A stretch of DNA of 64,000 nucleotides. Source: Octopus vulgaris (Eukaryota). Shown here piece after piece: positions 38,160-52,269 of this stretch (position 1 is its first letter; every line of letters starts with the position of its first letter). The notes beneath the pieces were generated by a model. It saw nothing but the letters and a program-made list of their open reading frames with translations, was not told the DNA's origin and ran no database searches. The translations under genes were made by a program, and so were the position numbers. The DNA is taken from contig OX597822.1 of the NCBI GenBank assembly GCA_951406725.2, positions 67,332,001 through 67,396,000 on the forward strand, written 5' to 3'.

Positions 38160-38208
38160 ATGGGGGGATAAACGCATACACAAAGATACACAAACATAAA
38201 TCCATACA

Positions 38209-38253
<45 letters not shown>

Positions 38254-38415
38254 ATATACGACGGACTTTTTTCAGTTTCCGTCTGACAAATCCATTCACA
38301 ATGCTTTGGTCGGTCCGAAGCTAGAGTAAAAGACAACTGCCCAAGGTGCTATGCAGTGGGATTGAACCCAGAAACGTGTGCGGTTGGAAAGAAAGCTTCT
38401 TAACACAGTCACGCC
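38160..38415 (-). mobile_element. Partial family K SINE
   Basis: Head and (GT)n internal tract present. Tail missing. Confidence 0.8.
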
Positions 38416-38434
38416 TTGATCGTTTTAATATGCA

Positions 38435-38970
38435 AGGCGGCGAGCTTGGCAGAAAAGTTAGCACGCCGGGCGAAATGCTTGAGGTCGACTTTGCCTTTCG
38501 TCCTTTCGGGGTCGATTAAATAAGTACCATTTACGCACTGGGGTCGATATAATCGACTTAATCCGTTTGTCTGTCCTTGTTTGTCCCCTCTGTTTAGCCC
38601 TTTGTGGGTAATAAAGAAATAGGTACTTCGTCTGCCGTTACGTTCTGAGTTCAAATTCCGCCGAGGTTGACTTTGCCTTTCATCCTTTCGGGGTCGATAA
38701 ATTAAGTACCAGTTACTCACTGGGGTCGATATAATCGACTACTTAATCCGTATGTCTGTCTTTGTTTGTCTCCTCTGTGTTTAGCCCCTTGTGGGATAGT
38801 AAAGAAATAGGTATTAGGTCAGCTTTACGTGATGAGTTCAAATTGCGCCGAGGTCAGCTTTGCCTTTCATCGTTTCGAGGTCGACAAATTAAGTACCAGC
38901 TGCGTTCTGGTGTAGATCTAATCGACTGGCCTCCTTCCCCAAAAATTGGGCCTTGTGCCTAGAGTAGATA
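38435..38970 (+). mobile_element. Family S SINE trimer with linker module
   Basis: One head AAGGCGGCGAGC, three cores, two linkers and one tail CCTAGAGTAGA. Confidence 0.88.
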
Positions 38971-39809
38971 AGAGAGAGATCTTTTAAACATGCTTATTTA
39001 TGTTTACCCTCAAAATAAAAGCAACGCTTGGCTGTATCTCCAGATATCTTGGCTGTATCTCCAGACATTCTCGAATTAAGGCATTCTGTCTCACAGACAG
39101 GCGAATTTTATGCAGTCTAAATGTATAGAATTCTATGCATATACAATTTTTTCTACATTATATTCATATGCCAACTACTGTAAGAGGCTGTAGTCATACC
39201 AGGTTTACACTAAGGCATTCACTTATAAACGAATAAAGTATAAAGCTCTAACATTACACCATGTCCTATGCGGCATTTCTCTATATATCACAGTCTGTGT
39301 AATCCTCTAATTATACACGAGATACTAGCCAACATCATCATTTGACAACGGGAGCATGGTATATGATCACATACCTTATACTGTGCAGCAGTCTATGCAT
39401 ATACACATAAGGTGTACAGTATACACACTATGCTTACCTGCCACAGGCTATACGATAATCTATACTTTTAACACTTGTTCCACAGCCCTTTGCTTATCTA
39501 CTGCTTTCTCTAGAACGCTCAACTCACACGGTTTACTTCGCTGTTCAATTTAAACATCGTTTACGCAAAAATATTCAAAGCATACCGATTCACTTTCAGT
39601 AACTCTACACGGATACCACCGGTTGCTGTATAAATGCTGTGTGAGTCTATTAACCGACAAACATCATTTACACAAATACCATTCCGCTTTGTGATTCACC
39701 ACCATACTACTCACAAACTGCGAATACATTCACAGCTACCCGAAAGCTATAACAATCAGAAATTTACATAGACCAATAACAATAGCATCGCATGCATTAT
39801 TTACAAGCG

Positions 39810-39895
39810 TATACATACATATATATATATATATATGTTTACAACCCCGTATATATATTTATATATACAGATGTATATATATATATGTGTGTATG

Positions 39896-39927
<32 letters not shown>

Positions 39928-40052
39928 CATACATATATATGCATACATATATATACACATATATATATATATATGCATACATATATACATACATACATAC
40001 ATACACATATACATACTTATATACATACACATATACATACATATATACATAC

Positions 40053-40128
<76 letters not shown>
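39810..40128. repeat. (TA)n/(CATA)n low-complexity tract
   Basis: Directly visible. Confidence 0.95.
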
Positions 40129-40132
<4 letters not shown>

Positions 40133-42509
40133 GGCATTAGGTGTGAACATATGATTTGGAACATTAAGAGTGTACCTATGTAACTATAAACATTGTTAAC
40201 ACAGATATCCATACACATACATACATACACACATATATAGACTTTGTAAACGTCTGTTAGACAAATATTTACAGTTAAATATAAACACGAGCGAACACTC
40301 CTTTTTACACTTTTTCACATACAAAAATACACCCTTCCATAAATATACACAGACACGTGCTTTTGAAAACATTTTACGCACACATATAGATACCGCTAAC
40401 GTATGCACTTTCCTACACCTATGCATATATACACTATCCCAACTGGCTTGATATATATTTTATATCATAGCTATAACTGTAAAATTCTCTACTGAATATT
40501 GCTATGCATTAGACAACGTCAATACCTTTAATTTCAAAAAGACTCATGAATTTTTGAATACCCAACTGTTTGCATTTATATGAGAGAACATTCTAGATTT
40601 CATTACGATACCAATAATTATATTGCTGGATATGGTTCTTTGAAACCAATAATACTTGCTCTGTAACAAAACAAATATTTGGAATTAACACAAGCATGGT
40701 CTAAGGAGAATTTTTATTTCCATTATACTGTGTGATTGGTTAGATTCTATTCAAAATCTATGCAAATATAATGGATATTTGCTGGAAAAAATACGAATAC
40801 ATGGAGACATATTGGGGATTGTAGAAATAATAATGTTTTATATGCATGACATAAAAGTTATCGTAAGAGAACAACAATAATATTTGTTCATTTGTGATTA
40901 GTATGAATGTCATTGGTAAGTTAGAGTCTGTTGAATTGAAAAAAAAAACAAGACAAAGAAACAAATATAATTATTGTGTGTGAAACACCGGATGTTAACA
41001 CCTGGTTTTCTTTCAGAATTTAGAATGTATAGGGAATGTTAGTCAATATTTTGATATTTTCTCAAAAGAAAATCCTATAAATTTCTATAGTCGTCTATTG
41101 TTGAAAGAATTTTAAAACAGAGTGTAACGCCCAGAGTAGGAAACAGATTCAACATTCGGTATATTTATGAACTTCCCCGTGGCACGTCCCCGCTCTCATT
41201 GAATCAGGTAATAAATGAAAGATAATCTTCATCCATCCACCAATTCAAACAAAAGATTTAAAAAATCGATATCGAAACATGAATCATTTGCTTTAAATTG
41301 TAAATATAATAAAATGAGGTGAACAAATCTTCAATAGAATTGATGACCAAACTTTCTTTTACAACATCAGGTTGTTGGAAAATATTTCTTTTGTACCAAA
41401 TATTGACAATGCTTTACGTTATTTAGTCTCACCTCTTAACATTTGAAGTTCAAATACAACTCAATATTATTTTGGCTTTCATTCTTCCAGGATAAATACG
41501 GTATACACCAGCGAACCGTCCACACCTCCTACCAAATCTGTATTCCGGTGCTAAATTACGGATGATTTTTATAATGAAGAACGTTCCAACTGACTACACC
41601 ACTTCTACAAAACCCAAAATTGGCTTAGCGCCTATTATAAAGATTCCCTATATCATTATAGATATTTGTAAATATCAAATTATACATCAATGAGGAGAAT
41701 GAAGAAACCTTACATCATAAGTTCAATCTATTGTCGCCAAAGATTGCAAATAACGAATTACTAATTACATAACTTCAAATGATATAAAACCGAACTCCTG
41801 TTTGATATTGTCGCAATTAATATCAAATTATATATGGCCGGCCATATTGCAGTATATAATATCAAATTTTATATCTCTACTTATATATTTAAAATCAAAT
41901 CATATATCATGATTGATATTACTTTATATAATAGCTAACTATATATTGCTAGTGATATTGTCTGGGGTAAGTATCAAACAATTTGAATGAGACATGAAAA
42001 CTTTGGTCCTCAGTTCTATAGAATAACTATGTCCAATGATATTTTCTATGTCACCAGTACTTTATTGTCTGCATTCGAAACGCTGTTTTTAAACAATACT
42101 TGACTTTACATAGAAGGACTATCGGACAACCCAAGTAGTTTTTAAATAATTTAATGGATTTGGAAGGGAAATGAAAAAGATAGCAAAGCGAAGAAAAATA
42201 ACCAGTGACACGGTCAAATATGTAAAAGGAACATGTCATTTACATATGCCATAAAATTTACAGTAATGGAAGATAATAGGAAAGAATGATCCAGGAGAAA
42301 CTGACTCAATGATGTTAAGATGTTAACCAAGGTGGTTGGAAAAGATCGGTGAAAATTATTCAGATACTCCAACCGCAGAAAACTCTGACTCAATATATTT
42401 AGCGTAAGTTTAGAAGCAACTCGCCTCTTGAAGCAACGATATCCTTTTTAAAAATGCATTAGTGTTTTAAGCGATAAACTCCTTTTGTGGGTCTGATTAG
42501 GATAATAAT

Positions 42510-42950
42510 CTTTTCTACTCTAGGCACAAGGCCCAAATTTTTTTTCTTGTCGGGCAGGGGTGCGGAGTCCATTAGATAGACCTCAGTACGCAACTGGTAC
42601 TTAAATTATCGACGCCGAAAGGATGAAAAACAAAGTCGATCTCGGCGGAATTTGAACTCAGGACGTAAAGACAGACGAAATCCCGTTGAGCATTTCGCCC
42701 GGCGTGCTAACGTTTCTTATTTCTTTATTGCCCACAAGGGGCTAAACATAGAGGGGACAAACAAGGATAGACAAACGGATTAAGTCGATTACATCGACCC
42801 CAGTGTGTAACTGATACTTAATTTACCGACCCCGAAAGAATGAAAAACAAAGTCGATCTCGACGGAATTTGAACTCAGGACGTAAAGACAGACGAAATCC
42901 CGCTGTGCATTTCGCCCGGCATGCTAACATTTCTGCCAGCTCGCCAACTT
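42510..42950 (-). mobile_element. Family S SINE dimer with linker, inserted as one unit
   Basis: 16-bp TSD TGATTAGGATAA(T/C)AAT (42494-42509 / 42951-42966). Confidence 0.9.
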
Positions 42951-43788
42951 TGATTAGGATAACAATGGGAACCAGAAGGCTTACATTCAACTCTACTCCT
43001 TAAAAGGTAGATGTTTAATTAGCCAATGCCCTCTGTAATTGAGGACCACTTACTATCACGTACCACACACTCCCTTGATTAACAAAAGGAAATCACTAGA
43101 GTTAATCACTCGCTGATATCGTCCGCCCGAAAAACATATATTAACTAAAGTAGTTATCATATTCAATGTAGTGAATATAAACTAATTTGTAATATTTAAT
43201 TGATTAAAGCTTAATAATATTTCAATTTATTTATTTCATGTAGGTGACAACACCTGATAGAACATATAAATTCATTTTAGTTAAGCCTAGCCTTTACTAT
43301 ACTTGCTGAAAAACTGTTTCGTCGTTTCATAAGTTCATTTCATAAGTTCCTGTAAAGTATTAAATATTATAAACAGAAATTTGAGAGACAGTCCCACTGA
43401 GAGCATTTTAACTAAATATAAATCGAATACCATATGACTACACTACCTATTACATTAGATATTATCTGACAAAGAGTAATATTTAATAAGATCACCGTCT
43501 AAGTGACGGATGCTTAGTCCGAGTCTCAGGAATAGATCTGTTGCTCTAAATTACAAAGCATTAAGTGAATCTGAGGCGAAGTTACTGTCAAAGGAAATTA
43601 TGTTTTTAACATTAAAATTATGACACATCTTTTTTTTTTCTTAGTTTTTTTCCTCCTCCCATTTCCCTTTCTATGAACTGATATTTACATGTTTTTCACA
43701 GTTTATTTCTCCTCTGTTAAGACACTGCCAACAATCGTGTTATTTTGGATATCAAGAATATATAAGGAGTGATCAATACTGGGTGAAG

Positions 43789-44140
43789 GGGCGTGGCTCA
43801 GTAGTTAGAACGTCGAGCTCACGAACGTGAGGTTGTGAGTTCGATTCCCGGACCGGGCTGCGTGTTGTGTTCTTGAGCAAGGCACTCTATTTCACGTTGC
43901 TCCAGTTCATTCAACTGTAGAAATGAGTTGTGGTGTAACTGGTGCCAAGCTGTATCGGCCTTTGCCTTTCCCTCGGAAAACATCGGTGAGCGGAGGCTGG
44001 TATGCAAGGGCGTCTACTGGTCTTCCATAAAAACAACCTTAGGTTGTCCGTTCGCCGGTGAAGCGATTTTCCACCCAGACTTGTATCCCGCAGGGGGAAC
44101 CTCTTAGGTTCACCCATGGTCATATGTGACCGACGGAGTC
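43789..44140 (+). mobile_element. Family B SINE
   Basis: Colinear with 6566, with a ~30-bp insertion near 44040. Confidence 0.87.
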
Positions 44141-44321
44141 GTTCGATCAATACTGTAAGCATATAATTCGATTCTCCACGTCTCCTCATAGGATTTATTT
44201 CTCCCTCTTTTTTTTTTTCAGTTTCCATTTTAGTATCAAAACCCGACATAGTAATATTTCTAGTTACAAATCGACAACTTACGGATATTGATGCCAAACA
44301 TATGAGCGGACGAGTGAAGAT

Positions 44322-44623
44322 GCGGGGCTTAGTGTTTTAGGTGTTCGGCTTACGGTATTAAGGTCATGAGTCTAATTCCCTGCAATTCGCTGTGTTCTTC
44401 AGCAAGACACTTTGTTTTACATTGCTCCAGTCCAATTACTATTTAATGAGTAGTGAGTGCATTTGAAAGGCCCAGCTCTGTTGCATTCTATATCACACTG
44501 AATTTCCCTCAGATCTACGTTAAGTGTATGTGTGTCTATAGCTGACTCACTTTAATTTCCCGAACAGGCTTTTCCATGCTCGGATCGATTGGAGCTCTCT
44601 TCATCGTTACTAACGGAGTACCA
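44322..44623 (+). mobile_element. Old SINE, core B + tail 1
   Basis: TGTGTTCTTCAGCAAGACACTT core followed by a decayed match to the 2051 tail (CTACGTTAAG..AACGGAGTACCA). Confidence 0.65.
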
Positions 44624-45729
44624 GCTAATGTAATGCAAATGTGTTATTATATTCTTCTTACTGCATTATGGGGTTTCACTTAAGTGATATTTAATTCTGA
44701 TATGTAATGTAAGGGAGATTTTAAAACATAACTCAAATGTTAAAATGCTAGTCTATCACGAATAGCTTTCCAAAGGAAATTATTTGATTTACTTCGCAAA
44801 TTTAAAGTAAACCTCAGTAATCCTATTCTGATCTTTATGCTTATTACTGTCGAACTTTTTTTTCCTCACCAGTACCAAATTTCGTTTGTGTAGGCTGAGC
44901 CATTTGTTGTTACTTGGTTTCGCAATAACTCCTCAGAGCATCAAGCCAACATCAGGATCTAAGTTAACTAGACGAAGAGATGTTGCACAATAGTCTATCA
45001 ACAGGGTTATATACTGCTATGGCATTTTATCTCCATAGAATAAAAGACAAGCTATCCGGTTGAGATTTGCTTGAAATCACGCGGAAAGTTACATTGAAAA
45101 TCAAAGATATTCGAAAATAAGAAAGAAAACAAACAGAAATACCTGAAAGGCTAAATGCAACAGTTTCATGAAGAATAAGGAAAATAACAAAACCAATACG
45201 ATACAATGAGATTTATGTAAATGATGGAACTTGTCTTGCTTAAATGTTGTCTTCTAAATTGATGTTCTAGCTAAATTCATTTGGGTAGCTTATATAGTAA
45301 TTCATTATCTTCCTCAATGCTACAAGATTCTACTTCCTGACCTACAGCAATTCTTCAGCGAAGAAAATCAATGACACTAATTCCAGTGGGCTTGCTATCC
45401 ACAATAGATATGTTAAGTATGGTCAGACGATTTTCTTCTTCAGCACTGATATATAATCGAGGCATTAATCGTATAATGTCCCTGATCAACAGACGGATGT
45501 AATACTATCCGTTCCGTTGGTAAAATGAGAATGTCCCTTACAAAGGTTTCTTTCAATATAGCTTGTTCTTCTGTCAATAGTCATTGTTTAATAGTTGTGT
45601 TAGATTACACTGTAACAGCCACATTGTCCCGCTCACTGAATTGTTCCTTCACTAGTCAGTTTCTGCAATACATAAATACATATATAGTTACTATATTCGC
45701 ATGTAATACAGTATTTATATAGTCATTTG

Positions 45730-45910
<181 letters not shown>

Positions 45911-45936
45911 CAAGTGATGCTTATCGCCAATCAAAT

Positions 45937-46514
45937 ATAGCTGTTCCGTAGGTACCGACGTTACTGCTATTTTTAATCCCTGGAGGATAGCTGGTTATTC
46001 GATGCAATCTGCACCCGATATATATTACAGGCAAGAGAGTGAATCTTCCGGCAACGAGACCACCGGACCGTCCGTTTTCGACCTCTTTGTGTTCATCCTC
46101 GGCGCTTGATACACGTCCTCTAGAGATACCAATAGTTCGCTCCAACTGACAATATATCGACATCCAGTAACACACAGTCACCAATGAGCAAGTTAGAAAA
46201 TCTCTATAGTGGACGGAAGCAGTAACTATACTGCGAAGTAATCCTTATAAACACTTAAGCATGGCTGTTCCGCTGGAACCGACGTTACTGCTATTTTTAA
46301 CCCCAGCAGGACAGCTGGTTATTCGATGCAATCTGCGCCCAATATATATTAGAAGCAAGAGAGTGAACCTCTACCACCTTCCGTCCGCGAATCCACCAGA
46401 CAGTACAGTTTCGACCTCTATGTCGTCAACCTCGGTGGTGGAGTCTCGTCCGCTAGAGATAGTAGTAGTTCACTCCAGCTAGCAATATATAGAGAACAAG
46501 TGACACACAGTCAC
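45937..46514. repeat. Diverged direct duplication of a ~245-bp unit (45937-46181 / 46261-46514)
   Basis: Both units begin GCTGTTCCG..ACCGACGTTACTGCTATTTTTAA and end ACACACAGTCAC. Confidence 0.88.
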
Positions 46515-46569
46515 TGATCTTCTAAAACATATATTCTACTGCTTCTTCACCTCACGTAATACCTCGTAG

Positions 46570-47235
46570 GAAGGTTGGCTATAAAGCCTGGCATGATTGA
46601 GACCTTAGTCAATTTAGATCAGTCGAAAGCTTTCGATAGGTTTGACTGCGATAGATTTGCTGCTGTCCTCACCACGGCTGCTTTCAGTGCCGTCAAAGAG
46701 GGTGCATCGCTGCAATCTTCATCGACATCTGCTCGTTAGTCAGAGTGAATAGCTATCTTACGGAATTGTTCAACATCAGACGCTTGGTCCGTTCAAGTTT
46801 TCCCCTGTGACCTTGCTGAACGCTGTGGCGATTGGGTCACCACTGCAGAAGCTGGAGATTTCGAGAGGTATTCCGCGTACCTCAAGATGATGGAGAGATA
46901 TGTCAGCATATGTGATTGATATCATGGAAATGGTGTCAGACATCAAATACATCGATATGATTCACATTCTCAGAGGGAATACGAAACAGTGACATGAGAC
47001 AAAACTTACAACTAAAAGCCCATAGCATATAACAGCGTTTCTTAAACTGCTTGTGTTCTGGTTTGATCCAGATCTCCAAGTGGATAAGAACTGGAGCGAG
47101 AAGACGAGCAAGGTGGTGGATCTCATAAAGAAAAGCTCCGTGAGGTAGCTATCTGTCGAAGATCGGTTGGCGATAATAAACGCCTTCATTGCATTCGTCA
47201 TCTATTCCAGCCTAAGAGTCGCGCCATGTTCTGTT
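46570..47235 (+). mobile_element. Decayed Tx1/L1-type reverse transcriptase fragment
   Basis: LVNLDQSKAFDRFD, RVNSYLTELFNIRRLVR, SAYVIDI (decayed YADD) and LAIINAFIAFVIYS. Confidence 0.8.
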
Positions 47236-47644
47236 CCACTCACGCAGATATCCTCACGGCTTCGATAATAGATTTCTTCAACTTCAAACAGGAGTGACAT
47301 TGAGATAAGTAATAACGTAATCGTTCAACAAAATTTACAGCCATCATTCCCAGCAGCAGCAGCAGCTTCAACGTTAGGCGCCAATCATCATTACTGCTAC
47401 CATGGACCACGCCATCATTCAGGATTTCCTATCGTTACATCTCAGAGGAAACAAAAAGCAAGGTGTGCATTGTGTAATTTATGTTATAGCTATTGATTAC
47501 TGATGTAATAAAACTCTGGGCAGGTTCATTTCACTAAGCGCTAGAGATTATTTTATTAGTATTGTGTTTTTGTTTTGTTTTTTCTTACATGTTTTATAGA
47601 CACAGAAATACTTACGTATCTATACATATTCGTTTATAAATGTA

Positions 47645-47744
47645 CATATATATATATATATAGATTTGTATATGTGTGTGTATATATATGTGTATATATG
47701 TGTGTATATAAATTATATATGTGCAGATATGTGTGTATAAATGC

Positions 47745-47795
<51 letters not shown>

Positions 47796-47991
47796 GTATA
47801 TATATATATATATATATACATATGTATATAAATATGTATATATATATATATATGTGTGTGTATATATTTATATGTATATATATGTATGTATATAAATGCA
47901 TATATATATATACATTTATATCTGTACAATATATACATATATAATCATATATACGTATTCATATATATGTGCATTTATATATCTATCTATC

Positions 47992-48025
<34 letters not shown>

Positions 48026-48155
48026 CATGCATGTATATATTTATAGATGCATACGTATATGTAGAGATATGTACACATGTATATATGTATTCATGCATGC
48101 ATGTATGTAAGTATGTATATATGTATATACGTATGTATAGACATATATACGCATA
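47645..48155. repeat. (TA)-rich low-complexity tract
   Basis: Directly visible. Confidence 0.95.
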
Positions 48156-48379
48156 TATCTGTTGCTGTTTCCAATTTTGTGTTTTGTGTTTTAATTTATG
48201 AGTAAGTTATTTCCCCCTTCTCATCATAAAACTCTCTTCTGTCAACAATTCCAATTTTAAAAAACATCATTCTCTATTACCCATCGGATTTACAATACTA
48301 TATTGTCATGAAATAGATTTCTGTTTTTTCTTCTTCTTAGCTAACAATTACCACATCACCTTACAAATCTGCTTCCACA

Positions 48380-48459
48380 TCTCTTTCTTCATTATCATTC
48401 TTCTTCTTCTTCTTTTTCTTCTTCTTCTTCTTCTTCTTCTTCTTCTTCTTCTTCTTCTT

Positions 48460-48510
<51 letters not shown>

Positions 48511-49001
48511 TTTCCCCTTCTTCTTCTTCACCTTCTCCTTCTCCTTTCTCTTTTTCATCTCCTTCTTTCTCTTTTTCTTCTTCATTTTTCTTCTTCATTT
48601 TTTGTTCTCCTCCTTCTTTCTCTTTTTATCTTCTCCTCCTCCTTCTTCCTCTTTTTCATCTTCTTTCTTTTTTCTTCGTCTTCTTTATCTTCTTTTTTCT
48701 TCTTCATTTTCTTCTTCACCTTCTCCTCCCTCTTCTTTCTCCTTTTCATATTCATCTTAATCATCTCCTTTCTCTTTTTCTACTTTTTCCTCTTTTTTTC
48801 TTCTTCATTTTCTTCTTCTTCTCCTCTTTCTCTTCTTTCACTTTTTCATCTTCATCTTAATCATCACCATCATCATCATCTTCTTCGTCTTCTTCTTTTT
48901 CTTCTTCTTCGTCTTCTTTTTCTTCTTCTTTCTTCTCCATCTTATTCTCCTACTACTCCTGCTTCTTCTTCCTCTACTACTATTACTACTACTACTACTA
49001 T

Positions 49002-49035
<34 letters not shown>

Positions 49036-49036
49036 G
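48380..49036. repeat. Pyrimidine-rich (TTC)n/(CTA)n tract
   Basis: Directly visible. Confidence 0.95.
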
Positions 49037-49247
49037 CGATGTTACCCTCACAAAATATATTTGTTAACGTTGTTACAGGTATTGTTGCAGCTTAAGTTGT
49101 TTCAACAGTGCTATCAACAGTAGCTCCAAATATCATCATCATCATCATCATCATCACCATTAACATTCTCTGCAGAAACAAGTATATCGACAAGAATAAA
49201 AATAATAGCAACAAAAACAAATAATAATAATAATATTGATGATGATG

Positions 49248-49301
<54 letters not shown>

Positions 49302-49307
49302 GTAATT

Positions 49308-49482
49308 TCAAATTCTGGCACAAGACCAGCAATTTCGGAGTACGAGATAAGTAGTTTGCATCGACCTCAGCGTTCAAATGGTGTTTATTTTATTGATCTC
49401 AGGAGGATGAAAGGCAAAATCGACCTCAGCAGGATTTGAACTGCTATGCATTTTGCCCGGCGTACTAAAGATTCTGCTAGCA
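49308..49482 (-). mobile_element. Degenerate family S SINE between (TAA)n tracts
   Basis: GGATGAAAGGCAAAATCGACCTCAGCAGGATTTGAAC. Confidence 0.75.
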
Positions 49483-49529
49483 ATAATAATAATAATAACA
49501 ATAATAATAATGATAATAATAACAAGAAC

Positions 49530-49802
49530 AACAAGAGCACTCAGAGAGCACAAACCTCCGCCAACGTACTCGCAACGATTAGCCAGAGATGGTTTTTAAA
49601 ATGAGCATATCTGAAATAAACTCGATTGCTCTCACAAACGAGAATACTAAAATGAACCCGACCACTCTCAAAAATTAAATTTTAAAAAAAACAGGAAAAA
49701 TAATCCAGAATCCTTGTCCAGTACCGGATCGATCCCAAAATCTAATCACTTCCTGCCAGTCACGAGGCCAATCATTCCTGAAAGTTTCATTCGAATCCAT
49801 CC
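49530..49802 (+). mobile_element. Probable Helentron/DINE-like non-autonomous element, truncated
   Basis: Starts AACAAGAGCACTCAGAGAG..CCTCCGCCAA and carries CCAAAATCTAATCACTTC..AAGTTTCATTCGAATCCATCC, motifs I associate with this group. Second terminus not seen. Confidence 0.5.
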
Positions 49803-51033
49803 AAAGATTGAAGTTATCAACATCTGGGTGTCTTCACTCCTTAGATACGGAGCAGGAGTAATCGCGTGGACAGTAGACGAACTAAACAGCTTAGACAGAA
49901 AGACAAGGAAGTTGCTAACTATATATTTGACAATCCACCCAAAAAGTGACACAGACAGACTGCATGTCCCAAGAAAAAGAGGGTATAGAGGACTGATTGC
50001 ATGCGAATGCAGCATTAGAGCAGAAGAAAACAACATAGAACAAAGAAATGCTCCGAGAGGTAGCTATCCGTAAAACATCGGTTGGCGATAATAAAGCCAA
50101 CCGTTGTTTTGCTATTATTGGACGTAAGAAGGTCATGCTTGTGTAGGATGGGAGATTGTAAAGATAAAGCACTGTACAAGCACTTGAGAATGAATTAGGT
50201 GGATAAAGAAAAGAATGCATGGACAATTTCATATAGATGTTGAAGATAAGACAGATAGAGAAAAAAGATGGCTATGGATGACTAAAAGTGATTTAAAACC
50301 GGAAGCCGAGGCTCTGATTTGTGCTGCCCAAGAGCAAGCATTAAGAACTAATTACATCAACTACAGAATAGACAACACATCAAAAGTGATAAGTGCAGAA
50401 TTTGTGGACAAAACGGTGAATACGTATGGCATATTACCAGTCAAAGCCTAGAAAGAATATAAGAGACGTCATGACAACATAACCAGGATTGTCCATTGGA
50501 CACTTTGCAACAAGTATGGACTTCACAGAGGAAAAAAATGGTACGAACATAAAGCCGAAAACATCATTAAAAATGATAATGCAAAGATCCTATGGGATTT
50601 TATGATGCAGTGTGACCATGAGATAGAGAATAGGAAACCAGACATAGTATTCATTGAGAAAGAAAGCAAATGATTCTGTATCATAGATATAGCATGCCCA
50701 ACTGACAACAAGGTATGCGATATGGAAGAAAGAAAAGTTGAGAGATATGACATGTAGGCTTGGTAGTTTAAGCGGTTGTATTCACTGAAAAAGATGGCAG
50801 TAGAACTAATAATTGTCGGAGCCCTGGGAACATTGAGGAAAAATATTGAAAATTACATGGAACAAATAGGGGCTGCAATAAAGGTGGAGCACTTGCAGAA
50901 AACAGCACTGCTTCTACCGCTCAAATACTCCGGATTGTGCTCGAAAAGCAAGGGGTGTTACCTTAGTTCACAGGTGGTGAACAGCTGACACTGTAGTACA
51001 TCTCCAGCGTTAGAAGCTCCGCAAAGACAATAA

Positions 51034-51102
<69 letters not shown>
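49803..51102 (+). mobile_element. Dong/R4-type LINE 3' half (post-RT, CCHC knuckle, RLE) with (TAA)n tail; pseudogenised
   Basis: LDRKTRKLL..HPKSDTDRLHVPRKRGYRGL, MHGQF..LKPEAEALICAAQEQALRTN, EYKRRHDN, KILWDF..RKPDIV..IIDIACP and IIVGALG. (TAA)n at 51035-51102. Confidence 0.92.
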
Positions 51103-51103
<1 letters not shown>

Positions 51104-51740
51104 TACATTGTTTTGGCTTGGTATAAAAAGGTGGGCTAGTTATTATTCTGCTCAATACCACAGATTTGCTTGTCAGTTATTTGAACTTAACCAGTTGAGC
51201 ATGTTCATTAGTGACTGACTATATGCGTATCTCTGATCACGAGCAGAAGTAGTGGGGAGGGGGGCATCATAGCCATGTGTTGAGAGGGATTCTTTAAGGT
51301 TTGGATAATTCACTTTTGGAAACATGGATGTCTCTTTCAACATCCTGAAACAACCCTTATTCAGGGACCTCTGAGCAAGATGGGTTCCTCGACCTGAAGA
51401 AAATTCTAACTGGGGCCCACCTGCAAGGTCATGCACTGTTTATCTTAATATGAGAACTTGCTTTTCAACTCATGACTGTTCCTCTCTCAAAGAGTTAAAT
51501 CTTGTCAAACAAACGATGGCCAAATCTTTCAGGATCTTCATCATTGATGATTCTCTAAAGTTGCTTCTGTGTGCACTTTAGCAAGATTAGCCACGACAAC
51601 CCAAAATTCCTAAAACAGTTATTTGCAGCGAATGATGTTCTCGACCAGTGGAACCAAATTTTTCTGCAAGAAATAAAGAACATATATTACATTCTTGTAA
51701 GATGTTTAGTTGAGTTAAACAGGATGATTAGACGGACGTA

Positions 51741-52262
51741 TTGGGTTGTCTGGAACGTTCATGCCAATTTATAGTAGCTTACCTTTCAATGTTTTTTAGA
51801 ACATGGTTGAGTCCATAAAATAGGATTTGACTACACCTCCATTTAGAGCACAGCTTAAGCTATCTTTTCGTGGAAGACGATTTATGTTCCTGTAAACATT
51901 TAAAATGGAAGATAAGAAAGCTCATTTGGGAACCAGACAAAAATTGCTGCAGCTTGGCTGGGATGTGTTACCCCACCCTCAATATTCACCAGATATTGCT
52001 CCTTCGGATTTCCACTTATTCAGGTCTCTGCAGAATGGTAAAATTTCAGTTCCTTGGATGACGTAAAAATATACCTTGATGAATTTCTTTGTCATGAAAC
52101 CACCTCAATTCTGGGAAGATGGTATTTTCAAGTTAAAGGAAAGATGGAGATGCATTGTGCAACAAAATGGTTTATATTTGGTTGATTAAAACTGTAATGG
52201 CATGTATTTATTGTCCTTTTTCTTTCCTTTAAAAATCGGCATGAACTTTCCGGACAACCCAA
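51741..52262 (+). mobile_element. Internally deleted mariner (DD34D-type) element with both TIRs
   Basis: TA-TTGGGTTGTCTGGAACGTTCATGCCAATTT ... AAATCGGCATGAACTTTCCGGACAACCCAA-TA. Encodes DVLPHPQYSPDIAPSDFHLFRSLQN. Confidence 0.92.
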
Positions 52263-52269
52263 TATACCA

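Noticed and set aside
39028-39066. Small direct duplications (TTGGCTGTATCTCCAGA x2; also 23688-23720 and 61873-61912)
   Set aside because: Ordinary slippage duplications with no further structure.
51105-51460. Complex block after the Dong tail (ORF 51173..51436)
   Set aside because: Probably another interspersed repeat, but it has no second copy or diagnostic motif in the window, so it is left unclassified.
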